Positions 15,828 through 24,963 of a stretch of 64,000 bases of DNA are shown here, one piece after another. Source of the stretch: Myxococcota bacterium (GTDB taxonomy: Bacteria; Myxococcota_A; Polyangia; Polyangiales; Sandaracinaceae); assembly GCA_036149055.1 (NCBI GenBank), contig JAYZQJ010000074.1, positions 1 through 64,000 of the forward strand. Reading direction: 5' to 3'. The notes below the pieces were generated by a model, which was not told where the DNA came from, ran no database searches, and worked only from the letters and a program-made list of their open reading frames with translations. The stretch's first letter is position 1; the number at the start of each line of letters is the position of its first letter. The translations under genes were made by a program, and so were the position numbers.

Positions 15828-16970
15828 TCAGGTGGGATCCGCGCCGGTCTCACCCTGGACCGCCGCGCCCTCGCTCGAGGCGGCGGCGGTCTGGGTACGA
15901 ACGGGCGTCCCGTCGCGCAGGCGCGGGGGCAGCGGGCTGATGACCGACTCGTCGGCCTCGAGCCCCTCGACGATCTCGACGGTGCCGGCGCCGAGCGGCT
16001 GCACCCGGATCGAGCGCTCCTCGGCGTGGCCGTCCCGGAGGACGAAGACCCGGCGGGCGTCGCCCATGCCGCGGGTGGCCTCGGCGGGCAGCACCATCGC
16101 GGTGCGCGTGCCGCCGGCCCGCACGGTGACCTCGGCGCTCATGCCGCCGCGGATCAGCCGCTCCGGGTTGTCGACCCGCACGACGATCTCGACGGTGCGG
16201 CTCTGGGTGTCGATCTCGGGCGCGATGCGGGAGACGGCGCCCTCGAAGCTCTGGTCGAGCGCCGGGAAGCGCACCTCGGCCGCGGCGCCCTCGCGCACCC
16301 GGGCGAGCTCGCGCTCGGGGATGCGGGCCGCGATCTCCACCGCCGAGAGGTCCACCAGCCGGGCGATGGTGCTCGGCGGCGCGACGGTGGCGGTCTCGCC
16401 GACCTCCATGCCGACCTGCGAGATGACGCCCGCGAAGGGCGCCCGGACCGTGGTGTTGCTGACCGCGGTGCGCGCCTGCGAGGCGCCGGACCGGGCGGCC
16501 GCGAGCTGGGCGCGCGCGCCCTCGAGCTGCAGCTCCATCTGATCGACCTGCTGGCTCGGGATGGTGCCGCGCTGCGCGAGCGGCCGGAGCCGGGTGAGCT
16601 CCTGCTCGAGCTGGCGGACCTGAGCGTCGATGCCCTGGGCGCTCGAGGCCGCCTGGGCCGCGCCGGCGCGGATGCTGCGCGCGTCGAGGCGGGCGATGAT
16701 CGCGTTCTCTTCGACCAGCTGCCCCTCGCTCACCGGGAGGTCGACGATGGCGCCCGTGACCTGCGGGCCGAGGTCGGCCGCCCGGATGGGCTCCGCCGTG
16801 CCGACGGCGTGCACGCTCGGCTCGACCTCGCGAGCCTCGGGGGCGCGGGTCGCGACCTGCACGGGCTCGGCCTCGCCGGCGGCCTGGGCCGAGGCGGGCA
16901 GCTCCACCCCACCCTCGGCGCCGCAGCCCACGAGCGCGAGCGCGATGAAGAACGGGAACCGTCGCATCAT
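15828..16970 (-). CDS. RND periplasmic adaptor (membrane fusion protein)
   Basis: Lipobox LVGC, 'VRAPFAGVI', a coiled-coil hairpin, and position in the operon. Confidence 0.92.
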   Translation of the reverse strand: MMRRFPFFIALALVGCGAEGGVELPASAQAAGEAEPVQVATRAPEAREVEPSVHAVGTAEPIRAADLGPQVTGAIVDLPVSEGQLVEENAIIARLDARSIRAGAAQAASSAQGIDAQVRQLEQELTRLRPLAQRGTIPSQQVDQMELQLEGARAQLAAARSGASQARTAVSNTTVRAPFAGVISQVGMEVGETATVAPPSTIARLVDLSAVEIAARIPERELARVREGAAAEVRFPALDQSFEGAVSRIAPEIDTQSRTVEIVVRVDNPERLIRGGMSAEVTVRAGGTRTAMVLPAEATRGMGDARRVFVLRDGHAEERSIRVQPLGAGTVEIVEGLEADESVISPLPPRLRDGTPVRTQTAAASSEGAAVQGETGADPT

Positions 16971-18427
16971 TCGTCCTCCGCGGCGCTGGGCGCCGCCTCT
17001 CCGACCACGCGCGCGACCTGCGCGCCGGCCACGTGAAGATCCACGTACGCGTTCACCAGCTCCAGCTGGGCCCGCGTCAAGTCGAGCTGGGCGGTGGTGA
17101 CCTCGGTCGTCGTGGCCAGCCCCGCCCGCAGCATCTCCCGGCGGTCGTCGAGCGAGAGCTGGGCCGCGGCCACCGCCTCCCGGCTCGCGCCGATCTGCTC
17201 CCGGGCCGCCTCGTGCGCGGCCACCGCCTGCGCCGCCTCGATCACCACGCCGTCGTGCAGCTGCTCGAGGTCCTCCTGGACCTGGACCAGCTCCGCCTCG
17301 GCCTCGCGCACCTGGTGCCAGCCGATCGCGGCGTCGTTGGGCGACCAGGCGACCGACGCGCCCACCGCCCAGGTGGTGTAGAAGTCGCTCGTCTGCGGGA
17401 TCACGCGCTGGTTCGGGCTCGAGGTCTCGATGTTCCCGACCAGCGAGAGCCGGGGCAGCATGCCGCCGGTGCGCGCCTGGACGACCGAGCGGCGCGCCTC
17501 GATCAGGGTGCGGAGCGCCGCGACCTCGGCCCGCTGCTCGAGCGCGCGGTCCACCAGGGTCGTCTCCGACGGCGAGGCGTCCACCTCGGCCGAGAAGAGG
17601 TCCTCTCCGATCGAGAGCGGCGCGTCGGCCGGCAGGTGGAGCAGCCGCCGGAGCACCCGCTCGGTCACCCGGACCTGCCCGTTCGCCTGCACGGCCATGG
17701 CCCGCGCCGAGGCGAGCCGCGCCCGGACCTGGGCGACGTCGGCCCGCCCGGAGACGCCGGCCGCCTCGAGGCTCTCGACGTCACCGAGGGTCGCCTCGAG
17801 GGAGCGCACCGACTCCTCCGCGATCCAGAGCCCCGCGCGCGCGCGGACGTGGTTGTAGAAGGCCTCGCGCGCCCGGAAGGCGACCGTCTGCCGCTCCGCC
17901 TCGATCTGATGCTCGGTGGCGTCGACGAAGCCGAGCGCGCCCTCGTAGCTGGGCCAGACGATGAAGAAGTAGTCGGTGACCGGCACCTGGACCGAGCCGC
18001 GGACCGCGAACAGATCGAGGATCTGCGGGAAGGGGTTGTCCGCCGGCGGCAGCCCCGGGATCTCGAAGGGCGGCAGGTCGACCTCGTTGATGCGCGTGTA
18101 GGAGGCGCTGAAGTCGAAGCGCGGCACGAACCGGCTGACGGCCTGGTCGACCTGCGCCCGGGCGGCCAGGTGCGCGGCGCGCGAGCGGCGGACCGAGGGG
18201 GCGGTGTCGACGGCGAGCTGGGCCGCGCGGTCCGCGGTCATGCCGCCGGCGGTGGGCGCGAGGAACTCCGGCATCGGGGCCTGCTCCTCGGCGACCGCCG
18301 CCATCGACGCGGCCTGGACCGGCGAGGCGATCGGGGTCTCCCCGTCCTGCGCGAGCGCGGGCAGCCCCCACGACAGCGTCGCGATGGTCAGGGTCGCCGC
18401 GATGATCTCGGCTCGTTGCATTCGCAT
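16967..18427 (-). CDS. TolC-family outer membrane efflux protein
   Basis: Signal peptide and two OEP-like repeats. First gene of the TolC-MFP-RND operon, with the start re-picked at ATG 18427. Confidence 0.88.
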   Translation of the reverse strand: MRMQRAEIIAATLTIATLSWGLPALAQDGETPIASPVQAASMAAVAEEQAPMPEFLAPTAGGMTADRAAQLAVDTAPSVRRSRAAHLAARAQVDQAVSRFVPRFDFSASYTRINEVDLPPFEIPGLPPADNPFPQILDLFAVRGSVQVPVTDYFFIVWPSYEGALGFVDATEHQIEAERQTVAFRAREAFYNHVRARAGLWIAEESVRSLEATLGDVESLEAAGVSGRADVAQVRARLASARAMAVQANGQVRVTERVLRRLLHLPADAPLSIGEDLFSAEVDASPSETTLVDRALEQRAEVAALRTLIEARRSVVQARTGGMLPRLSLVGNIETSSPNQRVIPQTSDFYTTWAVGASVAWSPNDAAIGWHQVREAEAELVQVQEDLEQLHDGVVIEAAQAVAAHEAAREQIGASREAVAAAQLSLDDRREMLRAGLATTTEVTTAQLDLTRAQLELVNAYVDLHVAGAQVARVVGEAAPSAAEDE

Positions 18428-18453
18428 GGGCTCTCCAGCGGTCTCCGACCTTC

Positions 18454-18499
18454 GGTTCGACCGGCGGTCGAACCATGTGGCGCGCCGGCGTCGAGTCAA
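18454..18499 (-). promoter_or_regulatory. Candidate RND operon promoter with an overlapping 21-bp palindromic operator
   Basis: Minus-strand TTGACT (18499-18494), a 16-bp spacer and CATGGT. A perfect inverted repeat GGTTCGACCG-G-CGGTCGAACC lies at 18454-18474. Confidence 0.55.
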
Positions 18500-18618
18500 G
18501 CGGGGGCGGGTCATTTTTCCCGGGATGCCAGTCGCTACGGGCGCGCCTTCGGGCATATTTCGGTGGTTTCGTGACGGTCAGGCGTCGCCGGGGGGGTACG
18601 GCGGCGCGGCGCACTTAT

Positions 18619-18645
18619 TTGCAGCTGCAACGATTGCGTGCGCAA
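18619..18645. promoter_or_regulatory. Twin palindromic operator upstream of the MarR gene
   Basis: TTGCAGCTGCAA (18619-18630) and TTGCGTGCGCAA (18634-18645). Confidence 0.6.
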
Positions 18646-18668
18646 AGGAATGGCGCCAGAGTCGGGGG

Positions 18669-19199
18669 GTGTCAAGCCGCTCCGACGCCGCCACCGTCCG
18701 GTCCACGCCGCGCGCCCCCTCGGGTGTGGTACGAGACTCGGACGTGCGGGACCGGACCCTTCGAGAGATCGCGCTGCGGTTCAGCTACCTGAAGCGTGTG
18801 GTGCTGAGCGAGCTGACCAACAAGCTGGCGCCGCTCGGCGTCACCCCGCCCACCTACCACCTGCTCTTCCGCCTGAAGCACGACGGCGAGCTGCCCCAGC
18901 AGGACCTGGTGGCCGACTCGGGTCTCGACGCGGCCGGGGTCAGCCGGCTGATCGCGAAGATCAGCAAGGAGGGCCTGGTGTCGACCCGGGTCGACCCCAA
19001 CGACCGCCGCCGCCGGATCGTGAAGCTCACCGAGAAGGGGCGCCGGCTCGAGGAGTCCCTGGCCCCGGTGGTGGACGCCGCGATCCGAAACGTGGTGCCC
19101 GGCCTCGAGGAGCACGAGGAGCAGCAGCTGCTCGCCCTGCTCGACAAGGCGGTCGCGGTCGCAGAGGCGCTCCGGGCCGAGCGCGAGGCGAAGGGCTAG
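18669..19199 (+). CDS. MarR-family transcriptional regulator
   Basis: wHTH region 'VSRLIAKISKEGLVSTRVDPNDRRRRIVKLTEKG'. The start is uncertain (GTG 18669 chosen). Confidence 0.9.
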   Translation: MSSRSDAATVRSTPRAPSGVVRDSDVRDRTLREIALRFSYLKRVVLSELTNKLAPLGVTPPTYHLLFRLKHDGELPQQDLVADSGLDAAGVSRLIAKISKEGLVSTRVDPNDRRRRIVKLTEKGRRLEESLAPVVDAAIRNVVPGLEEHEEQQLLALLDKAVAVAEALRAEREAKG

Positions 19200-19216
19200 A
19201 GGAAGGGTTCGCGAGG

Positions 19217-19690
19217 GGTGGGCCGACGCTCGTCCTGGCGCACCCACACGTGAAGGCGCGTCGAGGGCCGCCGGCTCGGCCCTCGTGCACCCACACGTCC
19301 TCGTCCTCGGCGGCCGTGTCGCCACGGTCGTCGCGGCGCACCGTGTGAATCGCGCGGCGGGCACATCTACGAGTACGGGCACGTCTACCAGTACGGGCAC
19401 GTCTACGAGTACGTGCACGTCTACGAGTACGTGCACGTCTACGTGCACGAGCTCCGAGCACGTCCTCGGCGGCCAGCACGCGACGCTCATCACGGCGCAC
19501 CGAGATGTGAGGCGGCGCGTCGAGTCTTCCCCGCTGCGCCGCGGGCCCGTCCCCGTGCACGTCCTCGTCCTCGTCCTCGTGCACGTCCTCGTCCTCGTGC
19601 ACCTACACGTCCTCGTCGTCGGCGGACGGGACGCGACGGTCGTGGCGGCGCACCAACATGTGAGCCGCGCGTCGGGCACGAGTACGTGGG
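19217..19690. repeat. Array of four degenerate ~35-60-bp units separated by hexamer-repeat tracts
   Basis: Core CGACGSTCRT-N3-GGCGCACC-N-TGTGA recurs at about 19224, 19322, 19481 and 19634. Spacers contain GTCTAC/GAGTAC/GTGCAC/GTCCTC hexamers. Confidence 0.75.
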
Positions 19691-19937
19691 CCGTCGCCCC
19701 GCTCGACGAGGCGGTCGCGCCTCGGAGAGGTAGCGGCGCGCGCCCAGCAGCTCACCCGGTAGCCTGCTCGCTCGCGTACGGGTGGTCGCAGCCCCCGCGC
19801 ACCGGGCCTGGTCGCCACCGCACCATGGAAACTTGGTTCCGCCCTCGCTTCGCTACACACTCGACTGGCGCATGTCGGGTTGGGCGACGGAGTAGCTCTC
19901 GAGGCGGCGACTCGAGTTCCTGGGCGTTGCCGCTCTG

Positions 19938-20291
19938 GTGATCGTCTGTCTCAGCGGTGCCGTCTTCCTGTTGGCGCCGAACGGCGATGTCGTTCTCCAC
20001 AATCGCTCGGGAGACGACCTCTGCGATGTGAAGATCTACGATCAGCTGATGTTCTGGTCGTCCCGCGTTCCGGAGGAGGCTTCGGTGCAGTGGTTCGTGC
20101 ATCTATCCGGAAGTGAGGAGGGCGCGTATGGGAGCATCATCCGGTATCGGCGCTGTCAGACGAGCGACTTCGAGTACATGAGGCTTGGCGACTACACGTA
20201 CCCTGTGCCCGGGGATGGCTTCTACATCCGGATCAACCCACCGGGCTCGCCCCCGAGCGTGTGGCTGAACGGGGAATCGGTCGCCGAGTAG
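19938..20291 (+). CDS. Hypothetical protein with atypically low GC
   Basis: 117-aa ORF with a hydrophobic N-terminus and more A/T-ending codons than its neighbours. The start is uncertain. Confidence 0.45.
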   Translation: MIVCLSGAVFLLAPNGDVVLHNRSGDDLCDVKIYDQLMFWSSRVPEEASVQWFVHLSGSEEGAYGSIIRYRRCQTSDFEYMRLGDYTYPVPGDGFYIRINPPGSPPSVWLNGESVAE

Positions 20292-20418
20292 CCTGGTGCA
20301 CGGCCCCGGGCCTGATCCAGGCAGCGCCCGGCGAATGTGCGCGTGATCATCGGCGAGCGCGGCGGGCCGCGACGAGAGACTTCAGCATTTCGGAGGAGCG
20401 ACTGGCGTTCGCCGCGCT

Positions 20419-20844
20419 CTACTGACCCTCGATCTCGGCGATGGCGGCGCGCCAGCGCTCCGGCAGCGCGATCTTCTGGCCGGCGGCGTAGTCGAAGCTC
20501 ACCACCACGCCCTCGCCCTTCGCGGCCATCGTCTGCAGGGTCTCGCTCCAGACCGCGTACTCCATCCGGAAGCGGTCCTCGCCCACCTCGGGCACCCGGG
20601 CGCCGACGATCACGGTGTCCGGGTAGGTGAGCGGCGCGCGGAAGCGGCACTGGGTCGAGGCGAGGATCGGGCCCGGCCCGTCCGGGGTCCCGCCGGAGGT
20701 GAGCAGCGCCATGCGCTCGAAGTACGCGATGCGCGCGCTCTCGAAGTACTGGAAGTAGACGGTGTTGTTCACGTGCGCGAAGGCGTCCATGTCGCCCCAG
20801 CGCACCGGCATGGACAGCCGGACCGGGAAGTCCTGGATGTCCAT
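20419..20844 (-). CDS. Acyl-CoA thioesterase (4HBT/YbgC hotdog fold)
   Basis: 'VRWGDMDAFAHVNNTVYFQYFESAR', with ATG at 20844. Confidence 0.9.
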   Translation of the reverse strand: MDIQDFPVRLSMPVRWGDMDAFAHVNNTVYFQYFESARIAYFERMALLTSGGTPDGPGPILASTQCRFRAPLTYPDTVIVGARVPEVGEDRFRMEYAVWSETLQTMAAKGEGVVVSFDYAAGQKIALPERWRAAIAEIEGQ

Positions 20845-20846
20845 CG

Positions 20847-21848
20847 TCACTCCGGCAGGCGGAAGAGGAGCTCGGGGGCGGTGAAGCCGTTCGGGAACAC
20901 CGCGCCGATCATCGAGATCACCCGCATGCTCTGGCCGGTCGCGTCGGCGACCACCGTCGCCTGGCACGCCTGGTTGCCGCAGACCGGCTGCACCAGGGCG
21001 CTCAGCGCGCTCTCCGGCTCGACCGCCTCCTGGTGGCGCACGGTGAAGGCGCCCTCGGTGGCCGGCTCGCCCTCCTCCTCCGCCTCGGTCGGCTCGGCCG
21101 GCGCGGGCGCGATGCCCTCGATCAGCTGGGGGCCGCCGCCGCCGGCGCTCTCCTCCTCCTCGGGCGCGTTCGCCTGGCGGAAGGTCACCTTCATGCCCTG
21201 CCCGCGGGTCCAGAGCTCCATGCCGAGGTCGCCGCCCTCGGCCACGTTGGCGTAGGGGCCGTCGCAGTCGATGTACTGGCCGGCGCGGCAGGCCTCGTAG
21301 ACCTCCCGCCAGTGCTCGGTGAAGGCGCTCCACGGCAGGGCGCGGCTCGCGAACTCCGCCGGGCGCTGATCGTGCGGGATCACGCGCCAGTTCGTCAGCG
21401 GCATCCACGACTTCGAGGGCGACTCGCCGAGGGTGCGCACCGCCAGGTGCGCCTGCCGCAGCCCCGCCGCGTGCACCGTGTTGAGCACGTCGACCAGGGT
21501 CAGGTAGGGCACGTTGGCGTGCACCTCGAGCGCCGCGCTGCCCCGGGCCGGCTGCGCCTGGAGCTGCTCGCGGAGCGCGGTGATGATGTGGTCGGCGCTC
21601 GCGCCGTCCGGCAGCCGCCCGCTGGTGAGCTCGAGCACCGGGCGGTGGTTCAAGCGCAGCTCCGTGGGGCTGATCTCGATGCGCGCCGCGTTCGAGGGCT
21701 CGCTGCCCTGGTTGTTGCGGCTGATCGGGAGCTCGTAGAGGCCCACGATCGGCGTCGTGTCGACCGGCTCCTCCTCCGAGTCCTCTCCGCCGCAGCCGAG
21801 CACGAGCGTGAGGGAGACGAGGCAGAGCGCGAGGGTGCGGCTGGTCAT
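20847..21848 (-). CDS. Lipoprotein with ExbD/TolR-like domain(s)
   Basis: ATG at 21848 and lipobox VLGC. 'LEVHANVPYLTLVDVLNTVHAAG' resembles the ExbD C-terminal motif. Confidence 0.55.
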   Translation of the reverse strand: MTSRTLALCLVSLTLVLGCGGEDSEEEPVDTTPIVGLYELPISRNNQGSEPSNAARIEISPTELRLNHRPVLELTSGRLPDGASADHIITALREQLQAQPARGSAALEVHANVPYLTLVDVLNTVHAAGLRQAHLAVRTLGESPSKSWMPLTNWRVIPHDQRPAEFASRALPWSAFTEHWREVYEACRAGQYIDCDGPYANVAEGGDLGMELWTRGQGMKVTFRQANAPEEEESAGGGGPQLIEGIAPAPAEPTEAEEEGEPATEGAFTVRHQEAVEPESALSALVQPVCGNQACQATVVADATGQSMRVISMIGAVFPNGFTAPELLFRLPE

Positions 21849-21927
21849 GGCCGCGGAGCGTACCCGCCGAGGCGCCGGACCGGAAGAGCGCCTTTGTGGG
21901 CGGCGCCGGCTGCCGTAGCCTGGAGGC

Positions 21928-24168
21928 ATGCGCTGGTGTGGTTCCTGGGTGATGGTGGGGCTCCTCTGCTTCGGCTGCGCGCGCAGCACGCTCAGGACGG
22001 GCGGGGAAGACGGGGGCGCGGGCCTCGACGCCGCGGCCGCCGACGCGGGGCCGTGCCTCTGCGCCGACGACGCCGACTGCGCGGCCGGAGAGGTGTGCCG
22101 CGGCTGCCGCTGCGCGCCGCCGGGCGAGCGGTGCCGGGGCGACTTCGACTGCCGGCCCGGCGAGCGCTGCGAGAGCGGCGAGTGCGTGTTCTCCGGCGAG
22201 TGCCGGAGCGACGCGGACTGCGACCCGGGGGACCGCTGCCTCGACGGGCGCTGCGCGCGCGAGGTGGAGTGCGCCCGCCGCGCGGACTGCGGCCCGGACG
22301 AGGACTGCGTGGACGGCGTCTGCGTCGCGACCCCGGACTGCTCCGACGCGAGCCCCTGCCCCGGCGCGGGCTTCGAGTGCGTCTCCGGCCGCTGCGTCTT
22401 CACCGGCGACTGCGCGAGCGACGGCGACTGCAGCGTCGGCTTCGAGTGTCGGTCGGCGCGCTGCGTCTTCACCGGCGACTGCGTGGACGACGACGACTGC
22501 GGGGTCGGGGCGCGCTGCCAGGACGCGCGCTGCGTGGCCACCGGGTGCGGGCGCGACTCGGACTGCCGCGCCGACGAGGTCTGCTCGATCCTGCTCCGCC
22601 GCTGCGTGCCCCGCGACGCGTGCGCCCGCGACGCCGACTGCGCGCCCGGGCAGCTCTGCCTGGTCGGCAACTGCACCCCGATCCCGAGGTGCACCACGAG
22701 CGCGGACTGCCCGCCCCCGCAGCGCTGCGACGGCTTCCGCTGCGTGCCGGGGCCGGAGTGCCGGAGCGACGCCGAGTGCCGCATGGACGAGCGCTGCGAC
22801 GGCGACACCTGTCAGCCCATCACCTGCGCCGCCGACCCCGACTGCCGCGGGGGCTGGCGCTGCATCGCGAGCCGGTGCCTGCCGCCCTTCATCTGCGGCA
22901 GCGACGCCGACTGCCCGTTCCCGGGCCAGGTCTGCCGGGACCGGATGTGCGAGGTCCCCGGCGGCTGCACCGCGGACGCCGACTGCCCGGCGATGGCCCC
23001 GGTGTGCATCGACGGCGCGTGCGTCCCGCTCCCGCCGCCCACCTGCAGCCGCGACGCCGACTGCCCGCGAGGGCAGGAGTGCAACTTCGGGTTCTGCGAG
23101 GAGCGGCGGGTCTGCCCGACCGACTTCACCTGCCCGCCCGGCTCGGTCTGTGAGCGCGGGGCCTGCGTCGTCCCGCCCGAGTGCTCCACCGCCGCCGACT
23201 GCATGGCGAGCGGGATGGACTGCGTGGACGGGCGCTGCGTGCCGACCGGGGTGTGCGCCGGCGACGCCGACTGCCCCAGCCTCTACGCGTGCGTGAGCGG
23301 GAGCTGCGTCTTCGTGGGCAGCTGCGGCCGCGACGCCGACTGCATGCCGGGCTTCCGCTGCGTGCTCGGCAACTGCGAGCTCGTCCCGGGGTGCACCTCC
23401 GACGCGGACTGCGGCGCCGGCGAGACCTGCGTGAGCGGCAGCTGCAGCGACGCCCCGTGCCGACGCGACGGCGACTGCGCGGCGGGCGAGGTCTGCAACC
23501 TGGGCACCCGGACCTGCGTCCCGGACATCACCTGCGGCTCGACCGCGGACTGCCCGCTCGGCTGGAGCTGCATCGGCGACCAGTGCTACTCGTTCCCCTT
23601 CTGCAGCCCGCCGGGCACGATGGGGGGCTGCCCGCCCGGCACGGTCTGCGCCGACTCGAGCGTCTGCTTCGTCGCCCCCGAGTGCGCGAGCGACCGCGAC
23701 TGCGGCGCGGGGGAGCGCTGCGACGCGGGCTACTGCCAGCCCACGACCTGCGCCGGCGACGACGACTGCGCCTTCCAGTGGAGCTGCGTGTCCAGCCGCT
23801 GCCTGCCCTGGTTGCTCTGCGGCTCGGACGCCGACTGCCCGGACATGCGCACCTGCGTCAACAACACCTGCACGGTCCCCGGCGGCTGCATGCGGGACGC
23901 GGACTGTCCACCGACCCAGAGCTGCTTCGCCGGGCTCTGCTTCAGCCTGCCGCCGCCCGCGTGCACCACCGACGCCGACTGCATCGCCGGCGAGCGCTGC
24001 CAGCTCGGCTTCTGCCAGCCGAGCACGCCCTGCCGGATCAGCCGCGACTGCCCGACCGACCAGGTCTGCGTGGGCGGCTTCTGCCGGCTGCCGACCGAGT
24101 GCCTGAGCGACGCGGACTGCGGCCCGACCGAGCGCTGCGACGAGCGCGCCCAGTGCGTGCCCAGGTGA
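21928..24168 (+). CDS. Cys-rich repeat lipoprotein (~30 CxxDxDC-type four-Cys repeats)
   Basis: Lipobox CFGC, followed by repeated C-x2-D-x-D-C-x5-C-x4-C units. Confidence 0.85.
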   Translation: MRWCGSWVMVGLLCFGCARSTLRTGGEDGGAGLDAAAADAGPCLCADDADCAAGEVCRGCRCAPPGERCRGDFDCRPGERCESGECVFSGECRSDADCDPGDRCLDGRCAREVECARRADCGPDEDCVDGVCVATPDCSDASPCPGAGFECVSGRCVFTGDCASDGDCSVGFECRSARCVFTGDCVDDDDCGVGARCQDARCVATGCGRDSDCRADEVCSILLRRCVPRDACARDADCAPGQLCLVGNCTPIPRCTTSADCPPPQRCDGFRCVPGPECRSDAECRMDERCDGDTCQPITCAADPDCRGGWRCIASRCLPPFICGSDADCPFPGQVCRDRMCEVPGGCTADADCPAMAPVCIDGACVPLPPPTCSRDADCPRGQECNFGFCEERRVCPTDFTCPPGSVCERGACVVPPECSTAADCMASGMDCVDGRCVPTGVCAGDADCPSLYACVSGSCVFVGSCGRDADCMPGFRCVLGNCELVPGCTSDADCGAGETCVSGSCSDAPCRRDGDCAAGEVCNLGTRTCVPDITCGSTADCPLGWSCIGDQCYSFPFCSPPGTMGGCPPGTVCADSSVCFVAPECASDRDCGAGERCDAGYCQPTTCAGDDDCAFQWSCVSSRCLPWLLCGSDADCPDMRTCVNNTCTVPGGCMRDADCPPTQSCFAGLCFSLPPPACTTDADCIAGERCQLGFCQPSTPCRISRDCPTDQVCVGGFCRLPTECLSDADCGPTERCDERAQCVPR

Positions 24169-24242
24169 AAGAAGGATCGCGGTGAGGCGTCGTGCTCTCC
24201 TCTTGCGCGAATGCGCGCGGGGGATGAATCTCGGGGGAGCCA

Positions 24243-24929
24243 GTGACCTCCGGTTCCTACGACGAGCCCGCCTCCGCGGGCGATGACGCGTTCATCGGGC
24301 GCTTCCTCCTCCTCGAGGACGACGGCGCGATCCGCGAGCGCCTGCGCGACCGCCTCGAGGCCCATCGGCCCGTCGAGGCGGCGGAGGGCGTCTCCCGCGC
24401 GCGGACGCTCCTGGCGGGCGAGCTGCCGTTCATCGGCTACGCCTTCGACATCCACCTGGACGACGGGAGCGGGCTCCGGCTGCTCGACCAGCTCCGCGCC
24501 GCCGGCTCCACCGTGCCCGCGGTGGTGATGACCGGCCTGCCGATGACGCGGGAGCTGGTCCTGGAGGTCGGCCCGCTCGGGCGGCTCCTGCCCAAGCCCA
24601 CCTCCCCCAACGCGGTGGACGCGTTCGACCAGGGCCTCGACGCCTTCGTGCGTGACGCGCTGCTGTTCGAGCGGCGCACCTACGGCCTCAAGGCGGCGCT
24701 CTTCGACCTCTCCGACGGCGAGCTGACGCCGACGATGATGGAGGTGGCCGTGCTGGGCGTGCGCGGCTGGTCCCGGGAGGAGATCGCCAAGCACCTCGGC
24801 ATCTCGGCGACCACGGTGCGAAACCACGTGTCGGAGGTGCTCGACCGGTGCGGGCTCAAGGGCCAGAGCCTGCGCGCGCTGCGGCGCACGGTCGAGGAGC
24901 TGATCCCCGATCGGGCCGAGCGCGAGTAG
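24243..24929 (+). CDS. Response regulator (REC + LuxR-type HTH)
   Basis: 'LLLEDD', 'FDIHLDDGSG', 'PKP', and C-terminal 'GWSREEIAKHLGISATTVRNHVSEV'. Confidence 0.85.
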   Translation: MTSGSYDEPASAGDDAFIGRFLLLEDDGAIRERLRDRLEAHRPVEAAEGVSRARTLLAGELPFIGYAFDIHLDDGSGLRLLDQLRAAGSTVPAVVMTGLPMTRELVLEVGPLGRLLPKPTSPNAVDAFDQGLDAFVRDALLFERRTYGLKAALFDLSDGELTPTMMEVAVLGVRGWSREEIAKHLGISATTVRNHVSEVLDRCGLKGQSLRALRRTVEELIPDRAERE

Positions 24930-24963
24930 CACGGCGCCTTCGACGGGGTCATCCTGTCCGGGC

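Noticed and set aside
19217..19690. CRISPR array
   Set aside because: The units are too degenerate, the spacing is irregular, the spacers are low-complexity, and there are no cas genes in the window.
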